Part shown: positions 1 through 8,089 of the stretch, one piece after another
Layout of the letters: the number at the start of each line of letters is the position of its first letter
How positions within the stretch are numbered: the stretch's first letter is position 1
From: Candidatus Marinacidobacterium sp.
GTDB lineage: Bacteria > Acidobacteriota > Vicinamibacteria > Marinacidobacterales > Marinacidobacteraceae
DNA length: 64,000 bases
Direction: 5' to 3'
NCBI GenBank assembly: GCA_965250045.1
Contig: OZ252286.1
Span: 434,355 to 498,354, forward strand
Notes under the pieces: model-generated
Told to the model about the DNA's origin: nothing
The model's input: only the letters and a program-made list of their open reading frames with translations
The model's database searches: none
Translations under genes and position numbers: made by a program

Positions 1-591
1 TACGCCGGCAGCACCACCAGCTTCTCGGTGGTTGATGGGGCCGGCAACGCGGTGGCTTGCACCCCGACGCACGGCGGCATGTTCGGCACCGCGGTGGTGG
101 TCGGCAACACCGGCCTGACCTTCAACAACGGAACCCGCATCGGCTCGACGGCCCCCCACCCGGATCACCCGAACTACGCGCGCGGCGGCCAGATCCCGAT
201 CCTGAACAACTCGCCAATCATCGTCCTCAAGGACGGCGAACTCCTGCTCGCACTGGGGACCCCCGGCGGCGAGACCATCGGGCAGACGCAGTTCCAGGTG
301 CTGTTGAACGTCCTCGACTTCGGGATGGGCATTCAGGAGGCGGTGGCGGCTCCGCGCCTCAGCCTCTTCGCGGACCCGAACTTCTACACGCCGGGCTCCG
401 GCATCCTGGTACGGGTGGAGAACCGGGTCATGCCGGGAGTGATCGAAGCACTCCTCGGGATGGGCCACCGTGCCGAACTCACCGGCGGCTTCGCGCTCGG
501 CAGCAACAACGGCATCCTCATGGATCTCGCCGCCGGCACCATGACGGCGGGCGCCGACCCCCGCCGCGCCGCCTACGCCATCGGCTACTGA
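1..591 (+). CDS. ggt: gamma-glutamyltranspeptidase, C-terminal part. The 5' end is cut by the window start.
   Basis: Frame-1 translation from base 1 continues into ORF 28..591. Motifs ...TTSFSVVDGAGNAVACTPTHGG... and GTPGGETIGQTQ are typical of the GGT small subunit. Confidence 0.85.
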   Translation, partial: YAGSTTSFSVVDGAGNAVACTPTHGGMFGTAVVVGNTGLTFNNGTRIGSTAPHPDHPNYARGGQIPILNNSPIIVLKDGELLLALGTPGGETIGQTQFQVLLNVLDFGMGIQEAVAAPRLSLFADPNFYTPGSGILVRVENRVMPGVIEALLGMGHRAELTGGFALGSNNGILMDLAAGTMTAGADPRRAAYAIGY

Positions 592-821
592 TGCCCGCGC
601 CAGGGGCCCAACACCCAATCCTCCCTTCCCGGATGGCACCGCCGGGGAGGGAACGCCGGCCAGTTCTCCCGGTGGGGGCCTTCAGACCGGCACCGCTGCC
701 CGCAGGGCAGCGAAACGCACTGCGTTCCTTACCCGGATGGCACCGCCCGCACGGGAACGCCGACCTCCGGTCGGCACCGCCGCGCGGAGCGCGGCGAAAC
801 CGCACAAACTCAATACTGGAC
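592..821. repeat. Intergenic cluster of REP-like palindromic units (family D): GGGAACGCCGGCCAGTTCTCCCGGTGGGGGC and GGGAACGCCGACCTCCGGTCGGCACCGC.
   Basis: The same 25-45 bp palindromic cores recur at 1735-1800, 15470-15760, 21400-21620 and 37420-37500. Confidence 0.6.
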
Positions 822-1730
822 ATGATCAGAACCACGCGTAACCCCCAGCTCCCAGCGGCATTCGCCGCCCTTCTCGCAATCGCCCTCCCGGCCACCGCGC
901 CCGCCCAGGACTTCCCCGCCCCCGAAATGGTGGAAATCAAGGGCGGCGTCTTCTTCATGGGCTCGCAAACCGGCCCGCCCCAGGAGAAGCCGATCCACGC
1001 CGTCCAGGTCTCCGACTTCTGGATCTCGAAGTACGAGGTGACCCACGCCCAGTTCGCGGCCTTCGTCGAGGACACCGGCTACGTCACCGAAGCGGAGAAA
1101 TTCGGCACGGGGCGGATCCTCCGGGACGGCAGCTTCGGCTATTACCCCGGCTTCATCTGGAAGGAACCCCACGGCCCCGGCTCGACGGTCGAAGAGCCCG
1201 ACAAGTACCCCGTCGTCCAGGTGAGCTGGAACGACGGGGTGGCCTACACCCGCTGGCTGAGCCGCAGGACGGGGCAGGCGTACCGGCTACCGACGGAAGC
1301 GGAATGGGAGTACGCCTGCCGCGGCGGCACCCAGACGACCTACTGGTGGGGCGACGAGTTCGATCCCACGATGCTGAACAGCTCGGTGACCTGGCGGCAG
1401 GGCGATGCGCCCTGGCCGCGGGACGAGCACACCCTGATCACGCGCGTGGATCGCTACCCGGCGAACGCGTTCGGCCTCCACGACATCCTCGGCAACAACT
1501 GGGAGTGGGTCCAGGACTACGCCTCCGCCGACCACTACGCCACGGAAGTTCGCCGGCCGGAGTCCCCCGTGGTGGACCCCCAGGGCCCCGCCTCCGGACA
1601 CGAGCGCGTCCTCCGGGGTGGCGGCTGGAACGGAACCGCCGCCCGTTCGACCTGTTCTTTCCGCTTCCTCGCCGATCCGCCGGTGTACCGCAGCGACCAC
1701 GTCAGCCTGCGGGTCGTCCGGAACCCCTGA
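822..1730 (+). CDS. formylglycine-generating enzyme (FGE/SUMF1) family protein. Secreted; signal peptide present.
   Basis: ATG at 822 is in frame with the long ORF 57..1730. N-terminal signal LPAAFAALLAIALPATAPAQ. FGE-sulfatase domain motifs MVEIKGGVFFMG, GYRLPTEAEWEYACRGG, GNNWEWV. Confidence 0.85.
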   Translation: MIRTTRNPQLPAAFAALLAIALPATAPAQDFPAPEMVEIKGGVFFMGSQTGPPQEKPIHAVQVSDFWISKYEVTHAQFAAFVEDTGYVTEAEKFGTGRILRDGSFGYYPGFIWKEPHGPGSTVEEPDKYPVVQVSWNDGVAYTRWLSRRTGQAYRLPTEAEWEYACRGGTQTTYWWGDEFDPTMLNSSVTWRQGDAPWPRDEHTLITRVDRYPANAFGLHDILGNNWEWVQDYASADHYATEVRRPESPVVDPQGPASGHERVLRGGGWNGTAARSTCSFRFLADPPVYRSDHVSLRVVRNP

Positions 1731-1823
1731 CGCGCGGGCGGGCACGGCCGGTGAGGGAACGCCGGTGTTCACACCGGCATCGCCCGCCAGACGCGGGCGA
1801 AACGCGAAACTTGGTCTACTCAT

Positions 1824-2234
1824 GTGGCCCGAAGTGCCGGGGCGGGCGCGTTCCTGTGGTCAGACCTCTCCGGTAGACAAGATCCCGCTTTGACCTCTGC
1901 GCTGCAACTGCATCCGGCGGAACAGCACTGGCTGGACGCCTACCGTCGGGAGCTCAAGAAGCGCCATCCGGACGCCGTGAAGGTCATGGTCATATACGGC
2001 TCCAGGGCTCGCGGCGATGGAGGCGAAGACAGCGACCTCGATGTCCTGCTCGTGGTCCGGAACGAGGCCGCCGGGTTGAAACGGGATCTACGTCGAATCG
2101 GTTATCGGCTGTCTGCGGCGTCGTACGCCGTACCGTCCATCCTCGCCTATACCGAAGGCGAGTGGGAGCATCGTAGGCGCGTCCGGTCGCCGTTTCTGGA
2201 AGCCGTCGAACGGGACGCCGTGAGGGTTCTGTGA
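1824..2234 (+). CDS. Minimal nucleotidyltransferase (MNT/MntA-like antitoxin-type NTase). No HEPN partner is present.
   Basis: NTase motif GSRARGDGGEDSDLDVLLVV (GS-x9-DxD). Alternative TTG start near 1891. Lies inside a 549-bp insert bounded by 80-bp direct repeats. Confidence 0.7.
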   Translation: MARSAGAGAFLWSDLSGRQDPALTSALQLHPAEQHWLDAYRRELKKRHPDAVKVMVIYGSRARGDGGEDSDLDVLLVVRNEAAGLKRDLRRIGYRLSAASYAVPSILAYTEGEWEHRRRVRSPFLEAVERDAVRVL

Positions 2235-2279
2235 ATCGCGAAGCCGTCATCGGTGAATGGCGGCGATCACAGGAATCCC

Positions 2280-2359
2280 TCTGTTCTTTCCGCTTCCTCG
2301 CCGATCCGCCGGTGTACCGCAGCGACCACGTGAGTCTCCGGGTGGTCCGGAACCCCTGA
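2280..2359. repeat. Direct repeat. This is a second copy of the last 80 bp of the FGE gene (copy 1 at 1651..1730, about 5 mismatches).
   Basis: Both copies encode ...CSFRFLADPPVYRSDHVSLRVVRNP-stop. Confidence 0.8.
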
Positions 2360-2402
2360 TCCCAAACCGCGGAAGACGCGCCACGCCCTCCGCTGTGTCT
2401 TG

Positions 2403-3188
2403 CTACCGGGCGCAGGTGAGGTGGCGTCCCCCGTCCACCGGAATCGTGACCCCGGTGCAAAAGCTCGCGTCGTCCGATAGCAAGAAGAGCGCGAGGTCGG
2501 CCACTTCCTCCGGAGTACCGATCCGGCCGATCGGGTGGGTGGTCTTGCTGTGCTCGACGAAGGCCGCGTAGCGCTCGGCGTCGAGCCCTCCGGCGGTATG
2601 GAGTTCCGTGCGGGTGACTCCAGGGTTCACCGAGTTGATTCGAACGCCTTTGGCGGCGAGTTCGAGGGCCGAGCAGCGCGTCAACTGATCAAGAGCTGAC
2701 TTGCTCGAGTTGTAGGCCAGCACTCCCGGGAACGACCGGATCCCGTTCACGCTGGACACGTTCACGATGCTGCCCTGCCGCTCGAGCAGGTGGGGTACCG
2801 AAAGCCGCATCAGATCGAAGACCGCCTCCACGTTGAGGGCGAACATCCGCTGCCAGGCGTCGAGTCCGGTGTTCTCGATCGTGCCGAAGGCGATCACCCC
2901 GGCGGAGTTCACCAGATGGTCCAGCCCGCCGAAGCGGCTCACGGTCTCGCTGACGACCCGGGAGCGGAAGTCGGCATCGGTCACATCCCCGGCCAGGGGC
3001 AGCGCCGCCCCGCCTGCCAACTCGATTTCGCGGGCCACGGCTCCGAGACGTTCGGGACGGCGAGCAGTGACGGTGACCTTTGCTCCCTCAGCGCCGAGCG
3101 CGAGGGCGGTGGCCCGCCCTATCCCGCTGGAAGCTCCGGTCACGACGGCGACTCTGTTCTGAAAGCGTTTCTGCGCGCGATTCGGCAC
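2403..3188 (-). CDS. short-chain dehydrogenase/reductase (SDR) family oxidoreductase
   Basis: GTG start, preceded on the coding strand by GAGGAGAA Shine-Dalgarno. N-terminus VAVVTGASSGIGRA (TGxxxGxG). NSAG and YxxxK-type motif YNSSK. Confidence 0.85.
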   Translation of the reverse strand: MPNRAQKRFQNRVAVVTGASSGIGRATALALGAEGAKVTVTARRPERLGAVAREIELAGGAALPLAGDVTDADFRSRVVSETVSRFGGLDHLVNSAGVIAFGTIENTGLDAWQRMFALNVEAVFDLMRLSVPHLLERQGSIVNVSSVNGIRSFPGVLAYNSSKSALDQLTRCSALELAAKGVRINSVNPGVTRTELHTAGGLDAERYAAFVEHSKTTHPIGRIGTPEEVADLALFLLSDDASFCTGVTIPVDGGRHLTCAR

Positions 3189-3284
3189 CGTTGTTCTCCT
3201 CTGGCTGGCAGCGGCGCCTCCACGCCACCCGCTGGACATCCCCAAACCCCGAGCGGGAGACTATCGCCGGTCCCCGAGAATCCC

Positions 3285-4265
3285 GTGCCCGAATATCCCG
3301 ATGTCGAGCTCTACCGCTGGGCGGTTGGGGACCGGATCGTCGGGGCGCGCCTCTCGTGCTTCCGGATCGCCTCACCGCATCTCCTCGCTTCGGTCGAGCC
3401 GGCGCCCGAGGCACTGGTCGGCCGCCTCGCCACCGGGGTGCAGCGGATCGGCAAGCAGCTCGTAATGGAGTTCGAAGAGGACCTGTTCTGCGCCGTCCAC
3501 CTGGCGGTGGCGGGGCGGTTCCACTGGACCGCGAGTTCCGGCTCCGTGAAACCGGTGCGTGTGTCTCCGCGCGGCAATCTGGCCGTGTGGACTTTCGAAT
3601 CCGGCCCGGTGGAAGGCGGGCACCTCCGGCTCGTCGAGAGGAGTCCCAAGAAACGGGCCTCCATCCGGGTCGGTCGCGGAGAAGAGCAGCTTCGGGCGCT
3701 CGATCGGGGCGGCCTGGAGATCCCCGGTTCCACCCGGGAGGCGTTCGCGGCCCGGCTCGCGGGTCTGACCAGCACCATCAAGCGCGTACTGACCGAACCG
3801 GCCCGCTTCGCGGGAATCGGAAACGCCTATTCCGACGAGATCCTGCATCGCGCCCACCTGTCGCCTTCGAAGCGCGCCGGCAGCCTCAACGACGGGGAGG
3901 TCGGACGGCTGCACGGGGCGGCCGAGTCCGTGCTCACTCAATGGGCGGCAAAGCTCCAGGACGAGTGCGGGAGGGCTTTTCCCACCGGCGTCACTGCTTT
4001 CCGCGAGGGAATGGCCGTTCACGGCCGCTTCGGCAAGCCGTGTCCCGACTGCGGCTCCCCGGTGCAGCGGGTTCGACGCGCCGAGAACGAGTTCAACTAC
4101 TGCGCGACGTGCCAGACCGGCGGACGACTGCTCGCCGACCGTGCGATGTCGCGGCTGCTGCGGAAGAAGTGGCCGCGGACGCTCAAGGCGGCCGAGGAAC
4201 GTCGGCGGCGAGTGAGGGGTACAACTTCTGAGCCGCCATCCGAGCAGGAGCCCGAATCAGCTTGA
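3285..4265 (+). CDS. Fpg/Nei-family DNA glycosylase (formamidopyrimidine or endonuclease VIII-like)
   Basis: GTG start gives (M)PEYPDVELYR, matching the canonical PELPEVE N-terminus with catalytic Pro2. C-terminal zinc finger CPDCGSPVQRVRRAENEFNYCATCQ. The upstream 165 codons of ORF 2790..4265 are antisense to the SDR gene. Confidence 0.85.
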   Translation: MPEYPDVELYRWAVGDRIVGARLSCFRIASPHLLASVEPAPEALVGRLATGVQRIGKQLVMEFEEDLFCAVHLAVAGRFHWTASSGSVKPVRVSPRGNLAVWTFESGPVEGGHLRLVERSPKKRASIRVGRGEEQLRALDRGGLEIPGSTREAFAARLAGLTSTIKRVLTEPARFAGIGNAYSDEILHRAHLSPSKRAGSLNDGEVGRLHGAAESVLTQWAAKLQDECGRAFPTGVTAFREGMAVHGRFGKPCPDCGSPVQRVRRAENEFNYCATCQTGGRLLADRAMSRLLRKKWPRTLKAAEERRRRVRGTTSEPPSEQEPESA

Positions 4266-4354
4266 GCAAGGCGGAGCCCCCGGGAGCTCAGGTCCTGGGA
4301 ATGGTTGACACTTGCACATTCGGCACGAACAGACTAGTCTCCTGTCTAGTCAGC

Positions 4355-4630
4355 ATGACGAAGAACACCATGAGCAACCGATGGCAGGTTCAGACCGCCA
4401 AGGCCCGATTCAGCGAGTTTCTGGAACGAAGCCTGGACGAAGGACCCCAGATTGTTACCCGGCGCGGAGTCGAGACCGCGGTACTCGTGCCTATTGAGCA
4501 ATGGCGTCGCCTCGAGCGCATGACCAAACCCGATTTGAAGCAACTACTTCTCTCACCGGACGCTCGCACCGACTCCTTGACGCCACCTCGACGTCGATTC
4601 TCCCGGCGCCCGCCTCCGGATCTCGACTAG
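4355..4630 (+). CDS. Phd/YefM-family antitoxin
   Basis: MSNRWQVQTAKARFSEFLERSLDEGPQIVTRRGVETAVLVPIEQWRRLE matches the Phd/YefM fold pattern. Immediately upstream of a PIN toxin. Alternative start at 4370. Confidence 0.7.
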   Translation: MTKNTMSNRWQVQTAKARFSEFLERSLDEGPQIVTRRGVETAVLVPIEQWRRLERMTKPDLKQLLLSPDARTDSLTPPRRRFSRRPPPDLD

Positions 4631-4634
4631 CTCC

Positions 4635-5045
4635 GTGTATCTCCTCGACACGAATGTCGTCTCGGAACTCCGTCGCCAAAGACCTCATCCCGCGGTCGAG
4701 GAATGGATTCGACCAATACCCACAGAAAAGCTCCTTCTCTCGGCCATGACGGTCGGCGAAATCCAGGCCGGAATCGAGATCACCCGGGAACAGGACCGTT
4801 CCAAAGCCAAGGAACTCGAGGTGTGGCTTGATCAGGTGATCGCCAGGCACCAGATTCTGGTCCTTGATGCCCCGGTGATGCGGGAGTGGGCTCGCCTCAT
4901 GCACCGGACATCGGACACGCTGATTCAGGATGCATTGATTGCCGCAACCGCCGCAGTGCACCGATTGACCGTGGTAACCCGGAATGTCCGGGATTTCGAA
5001 CCGTTCGGTGTCGGGACACTCAATCCGTTTCGTCATCAGGCATAG
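4635..5045 (+). CDS. vapC: VapC-type PIN-domain toxin
   Basis: GTG start 4 bp after the antitoxin stop. (M)YLLDTNVVSE... contains PIN acidic residues. Confidence 0.85.
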   Translation: MYLLDTNVVSELRRQRPHPAVEEWIRPIPTEKLLLSAMTVGEIQAGIEITREQDRSKAKELEVWLDQVIARHQILVLDAPVMREWARLMHRTSDTLIQDALIAATAAVHRLTVVTRNVRDFEPFGVGTLNPFRHQA

Positions 5046-5085
5046 CTGTCACCCCCGCGAACGTCGGCGGCCGTGTCATCCGGGG

Positions 5086-5160
5086 TTGGCAGGGGGTGCG
5101 GCACTCACGTTGGCAGGGCGCAGCGTCCTCGGCGCTGGTTTCGCGCTCCCGCGCGTGCCG
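5086..5160. repeat. Family-C REP-like element (CACGTTGGCA...GCGCTGGTTTCGCGCTCCCGCGCGTGCCG). It diverges from full copies after about 5160.
   Basis: Fuller copies at 37320-37500 and 63410-63600 continue ...AGAGGTCAGCGTTCCAAGCCGTCCCCGCGCTT, which is absent here. Confidence 0.55.
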
Positions 5161-5419
5161 GGCCCCTATAGGATCGCGGGCGTCATGTGGGAGTTGGTTT
5201 TCCAGTTCCCGCGACCTCAAGTGAGGTTGGCCTATCCGCCGGGAGTATCAGCCGGCCCCGGTGCTGCGAGCACCTGCGGTGGACCCCGTACCCCGACGGA
5301 TGGCCGTGATGGCACACCCTGTGGAGAGTTTGCGCCAATCGAGCGCCCATATAGGGCTTGGCTGCCATCGCGGCAAGGCGGACCTTTTTACGGAGCGGAA
5401 GCTCAAGGGAACACCCGCG
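5161..5419 (+). ncRNA. Candidate IS110-family bridge (guide) RNA locus in the left noncoding end. This is a hypothesis.
   Basis: The noncoding span (extent approximate) lies between the putative element junction and the transposase ATG. IS110/IS621-group elements are known to encode a roughly 180-nt structured bridge RNA in this position. Confidence 0.3.
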
Positions 5420-6691
5420 ATGGAAGAGAAGGTTTTTTCCTGTTTCGTTGGGATCGACTGGGGCGAGAAGAAGCACCAGGTGTGCATATTGGATGGTGCG
5501 GGGAGGGAGCTGGGAAGCCGCTCCTTTTCGCACCAGGGCAAGGGCCTGAAGGCGCTGGTCAAGTGGCTGCTGGAGAAGGCGGACGCGGGGCCGGAGTCGG
5601 TGGCGGTAGCGATCGAGCGGCCTGACGGGCCGGTGGTGGCGACGCTGCTGGCGGCGGGGTTCGCGGTGCATGTGATCAACCCGCGGCAGTCGAGCAATCT
5701 GCGGAAGTTCGTTTCCCATGCGGGGCACAAGGACGACCATCGGGACGCGGGGATGCTGGCGGGGGCGGCGAGGACCCACCGTCAGGTGATGCGTCGGCTG
5801 CGGCCGCATCCGGAGTTGATCGAGCGGCTGCGGGAGCGGACGAAGACGGCGGACCGTCTGCTCCGGGAACAGCTGCGGCAGTGCCAGCGGATTCGGAACG
5901 CGCTGGTGGACTTCTTCCCGCAGATGCTGGAAGTGGCGAGCAAGCTGAAGCATCTGGGGCAGCCCTTGTTCTTTGAGATCTGGGAGAAGGCTCCGACGCC
6001 GGCCGCGGCGCGGAAGGTGCGGCGGTCGACCTGGGCGTCGCTGCTGCAGCGCTACGGGGTGAAGCGGATCTCGGCGGAGCGGGTGTTCGAGCTGTTCCGA
6101 GAGGAGCCTCTGACGGTGGCGCCGGGGGCGACCGCGGCGGCGGTGGAGACGATTCGGACGGCGCTGACGCTGTTGCGGGTGGTGAACGCGGAGGTCGCGC
6201 GGGCGGAGGAGCAGATGACGCAGTTGCTGGATGCGCTGTCGGAGACGGAGGAGGTTGGGGGCGGCCCGGCGGCGCCGGGTCCGGATCTGGTCACCATCCT
6301 GCGGTCTCGGAAGGGGCTGGGAGACAAGTCGCTGGCGCGGCTGTTCGCCTGGGCGTTCGAGGCGGTGTGCGGCGGCGACTACCGCCGCCTGCGAGCGGCG
6401 TCGGGGGTGGCTCCGGTGGGGGAGCAGTCCGGGACGGTGACCCGAGCTCGTATCCGGCGCTCGGTGCCCTACTCTTTGCAGCAGGCGGCCTACATTCTGG
6501 CGCGGGGGGTGTTGCGGTGGGACGAGGAGGCAAAGGCGTACAACCGGAAGCTGAAGGAGGCGGGGAAGACGACGGCGCGGCGGCAGCGCGGGATCGCGGA
6601 CAAGCAGTTTCGGGTCTTGTGCGCGATGGTGCGCACCCGCACCCTCTTCGACCCGAACTTCCGTGGCCGGAGCGGGAGGGCCGCCGCCTGA
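5420..6691 (+). CDS. IS110-family transposase (DEDD recombinase)
   Basis: MEEKVFSCFVGIDWGEKKHQVCILD is the N-terminal RuvC-like DEDD motif of IS110 transposases. 423 aa. Confidence 0.9.
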   Translation: MEEKVFSCFVGIDWGEKKHQVCILDGAGRELGSRSFSHQGKGLKALVKWLLEKADAGPESVAVAIERPDGPVVATLLAAGFAVHVINPRQSSNLRKFVSHAGHKDDHRDAGMLAGAARTHRQVMRRLRPHPELIERLRERTKTADRLLREQLRQCQRIRNALVDFFPQMLEVASKLKHLGQPLFFEIWEKAPTPAAARKVRRSTWASLLQRYGVKRISAERVFELFREEPLTVAPGATAAAVETIRTALTLLRVVNAEVARAEEQMTQLLDALSETEEVGGGPAAPGPDLVTILRSRKGLGDKSLARLFAWAFEAVCGGDYRRLRAASGVAPVGEQSGTVTRARIRRSVPYSLQQAAYILARGVLRWDEEAKAYNRKLKEAGKTTARRQRGIADKQFRVLCAMVRTRTLFDPNFRGRSGRAAA

Positions 6692-6756
6692 CGGCGCGCT
6701 GACGCTCCGCCCGGCGGAACCGTTTCCTCAGACCGGCCTTTTGCTCCAGGTGTTGG

Positions 6757-6982
6757 TGTGGGAAGGGTGGGAAGGGCGCACGCGCTGCCCCCGCGTTGCG
6801 GGCTACCGCTCCCCGTCCTGGCGGGAGGCGTGCGCGCTTTCCACGCTTTCCACACCCGCCGCCGCCACTCGTTCCTTGCCTGTGGGAAGGGTGGGAAGGG
6901 CGTCCGCGCCCTCACCCACGCACCGCACCGGCCCCCAGCGCGCTTGCCGAGCACGCGGGCGCGCTTTCCACGCTTTCCACAG
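6757..6982. repeat. Two tandem roughly 124-bp units. Each carries a G-quadruplex-type motif GGGAAGGGTGGGAAGGG and an imperfect complementary arm GCGCGCTTTCCACGCTTTCCAC.
   Basis: G4 motifs at 6760-6776 and 6884-6900. Partner arms at 6832-6856 and 6959-6982. Confidence 0.7.
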
Positions 6983-7065
6983 GACCCCGCCGCCATTCCT
7001 GTCGCACTGCCCCGCCGCAGAACAGGCACGCTCTCCCACCCCGCCCCAGCCCCTCCGCCGCCAGC

Positions 7066-7110
7066 CGCCGGAAAAAACAAAATGGCCGCAAACTCAACGG
7101 GTTTGCGGCC
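7066..7110 (-). terminator. Rho-independent terminator for the minus-strand DUF4013 operon
   Basis: Perfect 10-bp stem GGCCGCAAAC/GTTTGCGGCC with a 7-nt loop. On the minus strand it is followed by ATTTTGTTTTTTCC. Confidence 0.75.
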
Positions 7111-7205
7111 CTGCCGCATGACCCACGGCCCTCTGTTTACCCCCTTGCATTCTCATGGAGAGTCCACCGGGAGAACTGGCCGGCGGTCCCTGAGCTGATC
7201 CGCGG

Positions 7206-7973
7206 TCAGGCGACTCCCGGCTCCACGCGGACGCCCATCAGCCGTCCGGTGTGGCCCACCGCCGCTCCGGCGGCCGTGATCCCCCAGAAGTGGCCCGGGA
7301 TCGCGCCGATCAGGCACAGGAGGAAGGTGAGGTCCGAAACGATCGCGAACAGGATCAGGGTCAGCAGCATCACGACGTAGGTGCCGAAACTGCCGCGAAT
7401 CCACGCGATGTTCTCGTTCAGCCGGAAAGCCGCGGTGAAGCGGCCCGTCGCCGCCAGTTGCATGATGCCCGCCGGGATCAGCGCCTTGGCGATCAGTGCC
7501 GCGAACACGAGGAAAAAGACGGAGGTGATGCTGCCCAGGATCGAGGTCACTACCACCGCGGGTGAGCCCATGGACTGCCCGATCACCGCCCACAGGATCC
7601 CGATCCCCACGACAGCCACACCCATCGCGATGACGGCCAGCGAATACCCGAGGACCACCCCCAGCGCCTTGAGCCCGTCGGCCAGCAGGCCGCCGAAATC
7701 ATCCCAATCGGGCATCGGGTGCTCGTCACCCCGCAGGGTTCCCCGGGCCGTCCGCACGGCGAAGCCGAGGAGCGCGAGCAGCCCAAGGCCGAACAGGGGA
7801 ATGAGGAGAACCATGAGGCTGCCGATCAGGAACTTCGACAGCGCCTTCGGGTCCCGAAAGGCAAAGCCGAACAGCTGGCCGATGTCGAATCGCTCCGGCG
7901 CCGGGGGAGTCGGCGGTGGAGGTGGAGGCGGCGTCTGCTCGCCGGTAGTCGGAACTGGCTGGTCTTCGGTCAT
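7206..7973 (-). CDS. DUF4013-like polytopic membrane protein (paralog 1 of 3)
   Basis: Shared motifs [30 protein letters not shown] and multiple TM helices. SD GGAAGGAAAA precedes the ATG. Pro-rich N-terminus. Confidence 0.7.
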   Translation of the reverse strand: MTEDQPVPTTGEQTPPPPPPPTPPAPERFDIGQLFGFAFRDPKALSKFLIGSLMVLLIPLFGLGLLALLGFAVRTARGTLRGDEHPMPDWDDFGGLLADGLKALGVVLGYSLAVIAMGVAVVGIGILWAVIGQSMGSPAVVVTSILGSITSVFFLVFAALIAKALIPAGIMQLAATGRFTAAFRLNENIAWIRGSFGTYVVMLLTLILFAIVSDLTFLLCLIGAIPGHFWGITAAGAAVGHTGRLMGVRVEPGVA

Positions 7974-8089
7974 CGTTTTCCTTCCGGGGATACCAGGGTC
8001 ATTTCCCTTCCCCGAATCCAGTTAACGAATACGACTCGCGAAAGTTCTTGGGCGCTGGGGACGACGCGGGGTGCTGTCTCCACGGGCCG

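Larger units (their letters stand above)
5161..6760 (+). mobile_element. IS110-family insertion sequence. Boundaries are uncertain; there are no terminal inverted repeats, as expected for this family.
   Basis: Contains a DEDD-type IS110 transposase. The left junction is inferred from where the family-C repeat copy diverges from its paralogues. The right end is not determinable from a single copy. Confidence 0.6.

Noticed and set aside
57-1730. 557-aa ORF spanning the ggt 3' end, the repeat cluster and the FGE gene
   Set aside because: The first 255 codons are an out-of-frame read-through of ggt and of REP-like DNA (Pro/Arg/Gly-rich, typical of high-GC spurious frames). The homologous FGE domain and its signal peptide begin at the ATG at 822.
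2790-3284. N-terminal 165-codon extension of the Fpg ORF
   Set aside because: It is antisense to the SDR gene. Fpg/Nei proteins must begin with (M)P-E-x-P-E-V-E, and that sequence occurs at the GTG at 3285.
5086-5200. Precise IS110 insertion junction at 5161 inside the family-C repeat
   Set aside because: The downstream family-C copy at 63560-63625 contains GGGCCCCT…CCCTATA…CGCATG-like sequence resembling 5162-5195. The 5086-5200 copy may therefore simply be a shorter variant rather than an interrupted one, and the IS ends cannot be fixed from a single copy.
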